Notes under the pieces: model-generated
Databases searched by the model: none
Told to the model about the DNA's origin: nothing
Seen by the model: only the letters and a program-made list of their open reading frames with translations
Made by a program: the position numbers and the translations under genes
Assembly (NCBI GenBank): GCA_035698025.1
Contig: DASSCF010000069.1
Coordinates: 4,656-68,655 of the forward strand
DNA from: Gaiellaceae bacterium
Lineage (GTDB): Bacteria; Actinomycetota; Thermoleophilia; Gaiellales; Gaiellaceae
Length of the DNA stretch: 64,000 nt
Direction of reading: 5' to 3'
In this document: positions 21,129 to 28,715 of the stretch, piece after piece
Numbering within the stretch: position 1 is the first letter of the stretch
Layout of the letters: the number at the start of each line of letters is the position of its first letter

Positions 21129-22697
21129 GTGACCCCCGGCTCGGACGTCGCCGCAGCTCCGGTCGCCCCTGCCGCCGTGCTCGGCAGGGCGCGGCTGTCG
21201 GTCGTCGTGTTCACGGCGGGCGCCGCCACACTCGCCACCGAGATCGCGGCCTCGCGGCTCCTGGCGCCCTACTTCGGCAGCTCGACGATCGTCTGGGCGA
21301 ACATCATCGGGCTCATCCTCCTGTACCTCTCCATCGGGTACTGGCTCGGCGGGAGGGTCGCCGACCGCCGTCCCGAGCCGCGGCTCCTCGGCTGGATCAT
21401 CCTCGTGGCGGCCCTGGCCGTCGCCGCGACCCCGTTCATCGCACGTCCGATCCTCGACCTCGCCGTGGAGGGGCTCGACGCGGTCTCGGTCGGCGCCGTC
21501 GTCGGGTCGTTCTTCGCCGCGCTCGCGCTCTTCGCCATCCCGATCACGCTGCTCGGCATGGTCGCGCCCTTCGCGATCCGCCTCGCGCTCGGCGACGTCC
21601 AGGAGGCGGGCACGGTGGCGGGCCAGCTCTACGCGATCTCGACGATCGGCAGCATCGTCGGCACGTTCCTCTCGGCGATCGTGACCATCCCGCTCGCCGG
21701 CACCCAGCGGACGATGCTCGGCTCCGCCGCGCTGCTCGTCCTGGCGGCCGCGCTGCTCCTCGGGCTGCGCTGGCAGCTTCTGACCCTCGGCGTGGCGGCG
21801 CTCCTGCTCGTCCCGGCGGGCACCATCAAGGCGAGCGCGGGCCTCCTCTACGAGACCGAGTCGTCCTACCAGTACATCCAGATCGTCGAGCGGAGCGACG
21901 GCTCGCGTGCGCTGAAGCTCAACGAGGGCGTCGCCGTGCACTCCGTCTGGCACGAGGACTCCGTGCTGACCGGCGGCGTCTGGGACACGTTCCTGCTCGT
22001 CCCGCCGCTCCTCGACCGCCCGGTCGAGCGCATGCTCGTGATCGGTAACGCCGGCGGGACGGTGGCGCGGGCCTTCGGCGAGCTCTATCCGGGCATCGAG
22101 ATCGACGGGGTCGAGATCGACCCGGAGGTCAGCGACGCGGCGCGACGGTACATGGGCCTCGAGGACAACCCGCGCCTGAACGTGATCACCGCGGACGGAC
22201 GGCCGTATCTCGAGCTCAGCGACGAGACGTACGATATCATCGTCGTCGACGCCTACCACCAGCCCTACATCCCGTTCTACCTCGCGACGCGCGAGTTCTT
22301 CGAGTCGGCGCGGGAGCACCTGAGGCCGGGCGGCGTCATCGCCTTGAACGTCGCCGGTGTGCCGGGCGACGAGCGCCTCTCGGAGGCGATCGGGAGCACG
22401 CTCCTGGCCGAGTTCCCGCAGGCCTGGCGCTGGCAGCCGCTCCGCTTCAACGAGCTCATGCTGGGCTTCACCGAGCCGGTCGGGCGTGACCAGCTGGTCG
22501 AGCGCGTGCAGAACGCGCCCACGCCCGTCGACTCGCTCGTCCCGCTCTTCCAGGGCGGACTCGAACCGGTCGAGCCGACGGAGCGGCCGCTGACCGACGA
22601 CCGGGCGCCGGTCGAATGGCTGACCGACCGGATGATCATCGACTTCGTCTCCCGCGGCGGGGAGCTCGACGAGGACTACCTGCCGACGCGGCCGTAG
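21129..22697 (+). CDS. membrane-fused spermidine synthase-like protein (polyamine aminopropyltransferase family)
   Basis: About seven N-terminal TM helices, then YETESSYQYIQIV, MLVIGNAGGT, GVEIDPEV and VVDAYHQPYIPFYLATREFF. Confidence 0.85.
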   Translation: MTPGSDVAAAPVAPAAVLGRARLSVVVFTAGAATLATEIAASRLLAPYFGSSTIVWANIIGLILLYLSIGYWLGGRVADRRPEPRLLGWIILVAALAVAATPFIARPILDLAVEGLDAVSVGAVVGSFFAALALFAIPITLLGMVAPFAIRLALGDVQEAGTVAGQLYAISTIGSIVGTFLSAIVTIPLAGTQRTMLGSAALLVLAAALLLGLRWQLLTLGVAALLLVPAGTIKASAGLLYETESSYQYIQIVERSDGSRALKLNEGVAVHSVWHEDSVLTGGVWDTFLLVPPLLDRPVERMLVIGNAGGTVARAFGELYPGIEIDGVEIDPEVSDAARRYMGLEDNPRLNVITADGRPYLELSDETYDIIVVDAYHQPYIPFYLATREFFESAREHLRPGGVIALNVAGVPGDERLSEAIGSTLLAEFPQAWRWQPLRFNELMLGFTEPVGRDQLVERVQNAPTPVDSLVPLFQGGLEPVEPTERPLTDDRAPVEWLTDRMIIDFVSRGGELDEDYLPTRP

Positions 22698-23089
22698 CGC
22701 GCGCTCGACGCGAGCGCGCCGAGGATCACGCCGGCGGCCAGGAGCTGCGTCGAAGCGGTCAGCCCGCCGCTCTTGTGCCAGCCGCGCACGCGGTGGCTGG
22801 GGAAGAGCTTGCGTCCGCCCGGGCGCGGAAGGCGGAGCACGTGCTCCACGTCGGGCACCGAGGCTCCGATCGCGCCGACTACGGCAGGCGAGGTCGGCCC
22901 CCGCGTGGCGGCGAGGAGGAGCAGCCCGGCGACGCCGCTCGCGATCTCGAACCGGCGGGAGGCGACATCCCAGTGAGGCACGGCGTCGCCGGCGGCGTGA
23001 GCGGCGAGCCCGAGCACCAGCGCCCGGCCGCGGGTGCCCGCGAGCGCGCCCACGAGCCCACCGGAGGCAACGTGCAGGGAGACAATCAC
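22676..23089 (-). CDS. hypothetical membrane protein (137 aa)
   Basis: This is the 3' part of the 442-aa ORF. GTG 23089 is the only start before the divergent ldt gene. The protein is hydrophobic with His/Asp residues (AAHAAGDAVPHWD). Confidence 0.45.
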   Translation of the reverse strand: MIVSLHVASGGLVGALAGTRGRALVLGLAAHAAGDAVPHWDVASRRFEIASGVAGLLLLAATRGPTSPAVVGAIGASVPDVEHVLRLPRPGGRKLFPSHRVRGWHKSGGLTASTQLLAAGVILGALASSARYGRVGR

Positions 23090-23128
23090 AGCGTGAAGGA
23101 TTGCAGCCGTCGCCTCGTCTAAGATCGC

Positions 23129-24091
23129 ATGACCATGTTTCGCGCCCTCCTCGCCCTCACTCTTGTCATCGCCGCCCTCGCCGCCAGCTCCCCGGCGGGT
23201 GCGCAGGCCCCTGTCATCGCCGCGGGCGTGACCATCGCCGGCAACGACGTCGGCGGTCTCACGCAGGAGCAGGCGACCGACGCCATCCAGGCGTACTTCG
23301 ACCGGCGGATCATGGTGCACATCGGGGCCCGCACCGTCGGCCTGCGCCCCGAGACGATCCGGGCCCGCGGCCGCGTCTTCCTGGCGGTCCGCGACGCTCT
23401 GGCGGCGGCGCCCGGCACGGCGGTCCCGCTCCAGGTGATCATCAACGAGAACGCGATCCGGATCTGGGTCAACACCCGGGCGAAGTTCTTCCGGCGCGCG
23501 CCGGTCTCGACGCGCGCGGTGCTCTCCGGCCTGACGCCGTACCTGACGAAGCCGAAGGACGGGCGCGAGCTCATGACCTACTACGGCCGCCGGGCGATCG
23601 TCGCCGACCTGCGCAGGCACGATCGCGACGTCACGTTGCCGTGGCGCGCGCTCAAGCCCGCGACCACGCCGTCGAATCACGGGCCGGTCGTCGTCATCCA
23701 GCGCAGCTCGAAGCGGCTCGTCCTCTACCGCGGCAGCAGAGCCGGGGAGATGCACGCGTCGGCGTCGTTCGGAATCGCGACGGGCATGGCCGCCTATCCG
23801 ACGCCCACGGGCAACTTCCGCATCGCGACGAAGCAGCGGAACCCCTGGTGGTACCCGCCTGCGGCCGACTGGGCCAAGGGCGCCAAGCCTGTCCCGCCCG
23901 GTCCCGGCAACCCGCTCGGTACCCGTTGGATGGGCCTCAACGTCGGCGCCGTGGGCATCCACGGGACGCCGGACGCAGCCTCCATCGGCTACTCGGCCTC
24001 CCACGGGTGCATCCGCATGCGGATCTCCGACGCCGAGTGGCTCTTCGAGCGAGTTCGCGTCGGCACGCCGGTCTTCATCCGCTCCGCCTAG
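23129..24091 (+). CDS. L,D-transpeptidase (YkuD domain) with signal peptide
   Basis: Signal peptide MTMFRALLALTLVIAALAASSPAGAQA. Catalytic region GIHGTPDAASIGYSASHGCIRM. Confidence 0.9.
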   Translation: MTMFRALLALTLVIAALAASSPAGAQAPVIAAGVTIAGNDVGGLTQEQATDAIQAYFDRRIMVHIGARTVGLRPETIRARGRVFLAVRDALAAAPGTAVPLQVIINENAIRIWVNTRAKFFRRAPVSTRAVLSGLTPYLTKPKDGRELMTYYGRRAIVADLRRHDRDVTLPWRALKPATTPSNHGPVVVIQRSSKRLVLYRGSRAGEMHASASFGIATGMAAYPTPTGNFRIATKQRNPWWYPPAADWAKGAKPVPPGPGNPLGTRWMGLNVGAVGIHGTPDAASIGYSASHGCIRMRISDAEWLFERVRVGTPVFIRSA

Positions 24092-24429
24092 CTCGGTCGA
24101 GCGGTGCGGCCCCGCAGCCCGTCGCGCCGCAGCACGCGGAGCGTCCAGCCGATCACCGTTCCCGCGATCCAGCCGATCATCTGCGCCGGCAGGATGACGT
24201 AGAGGAAGAGCGCGCTGACACGGACGCCGAACGCGTCATAGCACTCGTAGCAGTCGTCGGCCAGAGCCACCAGGAAGAGGATGCCCGCGACCGCCAGGCC
24301 GCCCCAGAGGAGGACTCCGACCACCCGGCGCGCCGACGTTCCGAGCGCGTACGCCAGCCCCGCCCCGACGAGGAACGTTGCCCCACCGAGGTAGAGGGCA
24401 GAGAAGGCCAGCTCCGTGAGGAATCGCAT
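24088..24429 (-). CDS. small polytopic membrane protein with CxxC (DDCYECYD) loop
   Basis: 113 aa with 3-4 hydrophobic helices and a single Cys pair, CYEC. It is divergent from the tlpA-ccmH-ccdA operon. Confidence 0.55.
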   Translation of the reverse strand: MRFLTELAFSALYLGGATFLVGAGLAYALGTSARRVVGVLLWGGLAVAGILFLVALADDCYECYDAFGVRVSALFLYVILPAQMIGWIAGTVIGWTLRVLRRDGLRGRTARPS

Positions 24430-24431
24430 AT

Positions 24432-24445
24432 CTGCTATATAGCAG
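24432..24445. promoter_or_regulatory. perfect 14-bp palindrome CTGCTATATAGCAG in a divergent promoter region
   Basis: Read directly from the sequence. It is an AT-rich core in a GC-rich spacer, 2 nt from the start codon of the minus-strand gene and 61 nt upstream of tlpA. Confidence 0.4.
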
Positions 24446-24506
24446 ACTTGAGCTAACAGTCAAGGCCGATGGCCCGCAGGCACCCCGGTAGACTGGAACG
24501 CGCCCC

Positions 24507-25070
24507 ATGGCACGCCGTGCGAAGCTCACCCTGCAGGCGGCGGCCATCCTCGTGATCGCGCTCCTCGTCACGCTCCTCGGCTGGAAGGTGGCGGAGCAGG
24601 AGGAGGGTCGCGGCCTCTCCGCCGCCCTCGAGCGCGGTGAGCGCCCGCACCCTCCGAAGCTGACGTTCGAGACGCTCGACGGCGACGACACGATCTCTCT
24701 CGCCGACTACCGCGGCAAGGCGGTCGTGCTCAACTTCTGGGCCTCGTGGTGCCAGCCGTGCAAGACGGAGGCGCCGATGCTGCAGGAGGCGTGGGAGCGC
24801 TACCGCGACGACGGCCTCGTCGTCCTCGGGATCGACGCCCAGGACTTCCGCGTCGACGCCGAGCGGTTCGTGGAGCGCTACGGGCTCACGTACCCGATCG
24901 CCTACGACGGCAACGGCAAGAGCCTCGGCCGCTTCGGCAACACGGGCTTCCCCGAGACGTGGTTCGTCGGCCGCGACGGCCGACTGGTGGGCGAGCACAT
25001 CATCGGCGAGTTCGACGCCGAGCAGCTGGAGGAGAACGTGCAGGCGGCCCTCGACACGCCCGTGCGATGA
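24507..25070 (+). CDS. membrane-anchored thiol:disulfide oxidoreductase (TlpA/ResA/CcmG family)
   Basis: N-terminal TM helix and the thioredoxin-fold motif VLNFWASWCQPCKTEAP. Confidence 0.88.
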   Translation: MARRAKLTLQAAAILVIALLVTLLGWKVAEQEEGRGLSAALERGERPHPPKLTFETLDGDDTISLADYRGKAVVLNFWASWCQPCKTEAPMLQEAWERYRDDGLVVLGIDAQDFRVDAERFVERYGLTYPIAYDGNGKSLGRFGNTGFPETWFVGRDGRLVGEHIIGEFDAEQLEENVQAALDTPVR

Positions 25071-25540
25071 GACGGGCGCTCGTCGTCGGCGTGCTCCTGT
25101 CGCTCGTGCTCGCGGCGGCGGCCGGCGCGAGCGAGCAGAAGCCGACGCTGTCCGAGCTCGAGCGCGAGCTCATCTGCCCGACCTGCCAGACGACGCTCGA
25201 GCTCTCGAACGCGCCGGTTGCCGAGCGCATGCGCTCGTTCATCCGCGCGCGGATCGCGGCCGGAGACACCAAGTCCGAGATCAAGGCCGCGCTCGTGGAG
25301 CAGTTCGGGGAGAGCGTGCTCGCGGCGCCGCCGAAGAAGGGCTTCAACCTGCTCGCCTGGGTTCTCCCGCTCGCCGGGGCGGCCCTGGCCCTCGGCCTGC
25401 TCGCCTTCGCGCTCGTCCGCTGGAGCCGGACGCGGCCCGAGACGACAGGGCCCGCGCCCGCGTCCGCGAACGGCGGCCCGCCGCTCGATCCGGAGCTCGA
25501 GCGCCGGCTCGACGAGGAGCTCGCCCGCTACGACGGCTGA
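25067..25540 (+). CDS. ccmH: cytochrome c-type biogenesis protein CcmH/NrfF-like
   Basis: Signal peptide, LICPTCQTTLELSNAP (CcmH CxxC motif) and a C-terminal TM helix. ATGA overlap with the upstream stop. Confidence 0.8.
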   Translation: MRRALVVGVLLSLVLAAAAGASEQKPTLSELERELICPTCQTTLELSNAPVAERMRSFIRARIAAGDTKSEIKAALVEQFGESVLAAPPKKGFNLLAWVLPLAGAALALGLLAFALVRWSRTRPETTGPAPASANGGPPLDPELERRLDEELARYDG

Positions 25541-25549
25541 GAGGACGCG

Positions 25550-26254
25550 GTGGAGGCCAAGATCCCGCTCGCCTTCGTCGCCGGCCTCGTCTCCTTCGCC
25601 ACCCCGTGCGTTCTGCCGCTCGTGCCCGGTTACCTCGCCGTGGTCTCGGGTCAGGAGGCGGGAGCGACAGGGCGGCGCGTCGTGCTGGCGAGCCTTCCCT
25701 TCGTGGCCGGGTTCACGGCGGTCTTCGTCGCGCTCGGCGCCGTCGTCGCGGCGGCGGGAAGCCTCTTCCCCGACAACCGCGAGCTCTTCCTCGCCGTCGC
25801 CGGGCTCATCGTGGTCGTGCTCGGCTTCGCCATGATGGGCCTCCTCCCGCTCCCGTACCTCGACCGGCTCGCCGCGCCAGGCCTCGTGCAGAGCGCGAGC
25901 AACACCGGCTCGGCGGCCCTGCTCGGAGGGGCGTTCGGGCTCTGCGCCGCCCCGTGCGTCGGCCCGGTGCTGGGCGGCATCCTCGCGCTCGCCGGCGAGG
26001 GACAGACGGTGGCCGAGGGGACGATCCTTCTCCTCATCTACTCCGCCGGGCTCGCGCTGCCCTTCCTCGCGGTGGGCGTCGGCTTCGGCCGCGCGATGAC
26101 GGCGTCCCGCTGGCTGCGCGACCACTACCCGGTCATGCGCCTGATCGGCGGGGCGATGCTCGTCGCCCTGGGCCTGCTGCTCTTCTTCGACCGCTTCTGG
26201 TGGCTCAACGTCGCGGTCAACCGCTTCTTCGAGTTCTTCGGGCTCGGGGTCTGA
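25550..26254 (+). CDS. ccdA: cytochrome c biogenesis thiol-reductant transporter CcdA (DsbD family)
   Basis: Motifs FATPCVLPLVPGYL and a second AAPCVGPVLG. About six TM helices. Confidence 0.88.
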   Translation: MEAKIPLAFVAGLVSFATPCVLPLVPGYLAVVSGQEAGATGRRVVLASLPFVAGFTAVFVALGAVVAAAGSLFPDNRELFLAVAGLIVVVLGFAMMGLLPLPYLDRLAAPGLVQSASNTGSAALLGGAFGLCAAPCVGPVLGGILALAGEGQTVAEGTILLLIYSAGLALPFLAVGVGFGRAMTASRWLRDHYPVMRLIGGAMLVALGLLLFFDRFWWLNVAVNRFFEFFGLGV

Positions 26255-26537
26255 GCACGGGCGGCGGCAGGTCGGGGAAGCGCCCGCGGGCCTCCTCGAC
26301 CGACTCGAGCGCCGCGCTCACGTCCAGTCCGCGGTGTGCGGGGGCGTAGGGGCCGAGGCGCCGCGCGGCCTTCTCGAGCTGCCGCTCGCAGCCGACCGGG
26401 TTCCCGCGCCCCGCCTGGTACCAGGCCACGGCGACGTGGACGAGGCCCTGGAAGAAGTCCCGTTCCGCCGGCTCGGCGGCCCGCCAGACGTCCTCGAGCA
26501 CCTCGTGGGCGGCGAAGTACTCGCCGCTCCGGATCAG
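26217..26537 (-). CDS. DUF309 domain protein
   Basis: Motifs GEYFAAHEVLEDVWR...FFQGLVHVAVAWY. The first canonical start (GTG 26501) cuts into the conserved first helix; CTG 26537 is proposed. The 3' end overlaps ccdA by 38 nt. Confidence 0.6.
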   Translation of the reverse strand: MIRSGEYFAAHEVLEDVWRAAEPAERDFFQGLVHVAVAWYQAGRGNPVGCERQLEKAARRLGPYAPAHRGLDVSAALESVEEARGRFPDLPPPVLRPRARRTRRSG

Positions 26538-26568
26538 CTCGAGCCCGCGCTCGAGCTCGTCGTCCGGC

Positions 26569-26880
26569 CTAGACGACGACCTTGACCTCGCCGTCCTCGA
26601 CGACCGTCTCGAAGGTCTCGAGCTGGAGGGCGCGGTCGAACTCGTTCTCGCCCGTCCTGACGTCGTACTGCCAGCCGTGCCAGGGACACGAGAGGACGCA
26701 GCCGTCGAGCTCGCCGTGCCCGAGCGGCCCGCCCAGGTGCAGGCAATCGCCCTGCGTGGCGTAGAACGACCCGTCCACGTTGAAGAGCGCCAGCTCGCGT
26801 TCGCCCGCGGTGACGACGCGGGACGACCCGGGCGGCACGTCCTCGACCCGCGCGACGGTGTGGATCTGGCCCACCGGCAT
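26569..26880 (-). CDS. Rieske [2Fe-2S] domain protein (NirD-like small subunit type)
   Basis: 103 aa with CLHLGGPL...CPWHGW, the Rieske ligand motifs. This is the 3' part of the 343-aa ORF. Confidence 0.85.
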   Translation of the reverse strand: MPVGQIHTVARVEDVPPGSSRVVTAGERELALFNVDGSFYATQGDCLHLGGPLGHGELDGCVLSCPWHGWQYDVRTGENEFDRALQLETFETVVEDGEVKVVV

Positions 26881-26888
26881 CGCGCGCA

Positions 26889-26934
26889 AACCTACCAAAC
26901 CCCCTTTGAGACAGCGGTTTCGCGGTGGTACGCT
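26889..26934. promoter_or_regulatory. pair of divergent -10-like hexamers placed for leaderless transcripts
   Basis: Minus-strand TAGGTT (26889-26894) lies 8 nt from ATG 26880. Plus-strand TACGCT (26929-26934) lies 6 nt from GTG 26941. The 60-bp spacer has no SD. Confidence 0.35.
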
Positions 26935-26940
26935 CCCGCC

Positions 26941-27249
26941 GTGGCCACGATCCTGCTCGTTGGGGTCGACCTGTTCTTTCGAGGAAAGCTCGACGTGCTC
27001 CTCGGCGGGAGCCACCGTCTGACGACCACGGAGAGCATCGACCCGCCCGACCTCGTGATCGTCGACGTCGCGCGCGTCGATCCGGACGAGGTGGCCGAGA
27101 CCTACCCGGACGTGCCCATCCTGGGGTTCACGAACCACACGGACACGGCGGGGCTCCGTGCGGCCCAGGCGGCAGGCCTCGACCGCATCGTCGTCAGGTC
27201 CGCGCTCGCCGAGCGGGCACCGCAGCTGGTGGACGAGCTCGTCGCATAA
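26941..27249 (+). CDS. receiver-like (degenerate CheY fold) small protein
   Basis: 102 aa with the pattern ILLVGVD / DLVIVDV / PILGFTNH, resembling receiver beta1, beta3 and beta4. The conserved Lys position reads Arg. Confidence 0.5.
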   Translation: MATILLVGVDLFFRGKLDVLLGGSHRLTTTESIDPPDLVIVDVARVDPDEVAETYPDVPILGFTNHTDTAGLRAAQAAGLDRIVVRSALAERAPQLVDELVA

Positions 27250-27258
27250 ACTCGGACC

Positions 27259-27570
27259 GTGACTTACATCATCGCCGAGCCCTGTATCGACATCAAAGAT
27301 TTGTCCTGTGTGGACGTCTGCCCGGTCGATTGCATCCATCAGGCCGACCGCATGCTGGTCATCGACCCGGAGGAGTGCATCGACTGCGGCGCCTGCGAGC
27401 CGGAGTGCCCGGTCGAGGCGATCTTCCCCGAGGATGCGCTCCCCGAGAAGTGGGAGCCCTTCGTCAAGATCAATTACGCGTACGGCGAGGGGATGGACGT
27501 CGTCAACCAGCTCGCACAGGCCTACGCGGACGAGCACGACGTCCAGAATCCCCCGCTGGACGAGCGCTAG
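27259..27570 (+). CDS. fdxA: 7Fe ferredoxin (3Fe-4S + 4Fe-4S, FdxA type)
   Basis: Motifs TYIIAEPCIDIKDLSCVDVCPVDCIH and CIDCGACEPECPVEAI. Confidence 0.9.
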   Translation: MTYIIAEPCIDIKDLSCVDVCPVDCIHQADRMLVIDPEECIDCGACEPECPVEAIFPEDALPEKWEPFVKINYAYGEGMDVVNQLAQAYADEHDVQNPPLDER

Positions 27571-27580
27571 GAGGGGCTTC

Positions 27581-28672
27581 GTGGCGACAGAGGTCGACAC
27601 CGCTCGGCGGGATGCGTTCGCGGAGCGGCTCTTCGGCGCGGCACTCGGAGCCTACGAGCTCATGACGGTCCATCTCGGGGACCGGCTGGGCTACTACCGG
27701 GCGCTCGCCGAGCGCGGGCCGTCCACCTCCGCGGAGGTCGCCGCCGCCGCCGGCACGGCCGAGCGCTACACGCGCGAGTGGCTCGAGCAGCAGGCCGTCG
27801 CCGGGATCCTCGAGGTCGACGACGTGGCGGCGGAGCCGGCCGCGCGACGCTTCAGCGTTCCCGCGGCGCACGCCGAAGTGTTGAGCGACCGCGACTCGCT
27901 CGCGCACGTGACGCCGCTCGCCCGCTACGGCGTCGCCTTCGCGCACGTGCTCCCAGCCGTCGAGGAAGCGTTCCGAAGCGGCGGCGGCGTCTCGTGGGAG
28001 GACTTCGGCCAGCTCGGGCGCGAGGCGCAGGGAGACGCCAACCGCCCCGTTTTCTCCAACCTGCTCGGCCATGAGTGGCTGCCCTCGATCGAGGACGTGC
28101 ACGCTCGCCTCGTGGCAGACCCGCCCGCGCGCGTCGCCGACGTCGCCTGCGGCGCGGGCTGGTCGAGCATCGCGATCGCGCGCGCCTATCCGAACGTCAC
28201 CGTCGACGGCCTCGACCTCGACGAGGCCTCCGTCCAGCTTGCGCGGGCCAACCTCGCGGGGACCGGCGTCGAGGACAGGGTCTCGTTCCAGCACCGCGAC
28301 GCCGGCGACCCCGAGCTGGCGGGCTCGTACCAGCTCGTCACCGTCTTCGAGGCTCTCCACGACATGTCCCAGCCGGTCGAGATCTTGCGGGCACTGCGCG
28401 GCCTCGTCGCCGAGGACGGCGCCGTCATCGTCATGGACGAGCGCGTCGCGGACACGTTCACAGCGCCCGGGGACGAGATCGAGCGCCTCATGTACACGTA
28501 CAGCATCCTCTGCTGCCTCCCCGTCGGCCTCTCCGACACGCCTTCGGTCGGCACGGGCACCGTCATGCGGGCCGACACCGTCCGACGCTACGCCGCCGAG
28601 GCCGGGTTCGCGGACGTCGAGGTGCTCCCCATCGAGCACGACTTCTTCCGCCTGTACCGCCTCCGCGGCTAG
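27581..28672 (+). CDS. class I SAM-dependent methyltransferase with N-terminal winged-helix domain
   Basis: Motifs VADVACGAGWSSIAIA (motif I), DLD and FEALHDM. The N-terminal LGYYRALAE...AEVAAAAG region looks like a winged helix. The GTG 27581 start was trimmed from the 454-aa ORF. Confidence 0.85.
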   Translation: MATEVDTARRDAFAERLFGAALGAYELMTVHLGDRLGYYRALAERGPSTSAEVAAAAGTAERYTREWLEQQAVAGILEVDDVAAEPAARRFSVPAAHAEVLSDRDSLAHVTPLARYGVAFAHVLPAVEEAFRSGGGVSWEDFGQLGREAQGDANRPVFSNLLGHEWLPSIEDVHARLVADPPARVADVACGAGWSSIAIARAYPNVTVDGLDLDEASVQLARANLAGTGVEDRVSFQHRDAGDPELAGSYQLVTVFEALHDMSQPVEILRALRGLVAEDGAVIVMDERVADTFTAPGDEIERLMYTYSILCCLPVGLSDTPSVGTGTVMRADTVRRYAAEAGFADVEVLPIEHDFFRLYRLRG

Positions 28673-28715
28673 CCGGCCCAACCCAGCGAGTCCACGGGGC
28701 GCCGCGTAGGGCTCG

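Noticed and set aside
18311-21238. 975-aa ORF antisense to the GAF-PP2C phosphatase
   Set aside because: Same GC artefact. The plus frame carries the full set of PP2C motifs.
26535-26575. Programmed frameshift or read-through fusing the Rieske protein to DUF309
   Set aside because: There is no slippery heptamer or stimulatory structure at the junction. The Rieske ORF ends cleanly at TAG, and a CTG start is the simpler explanation.
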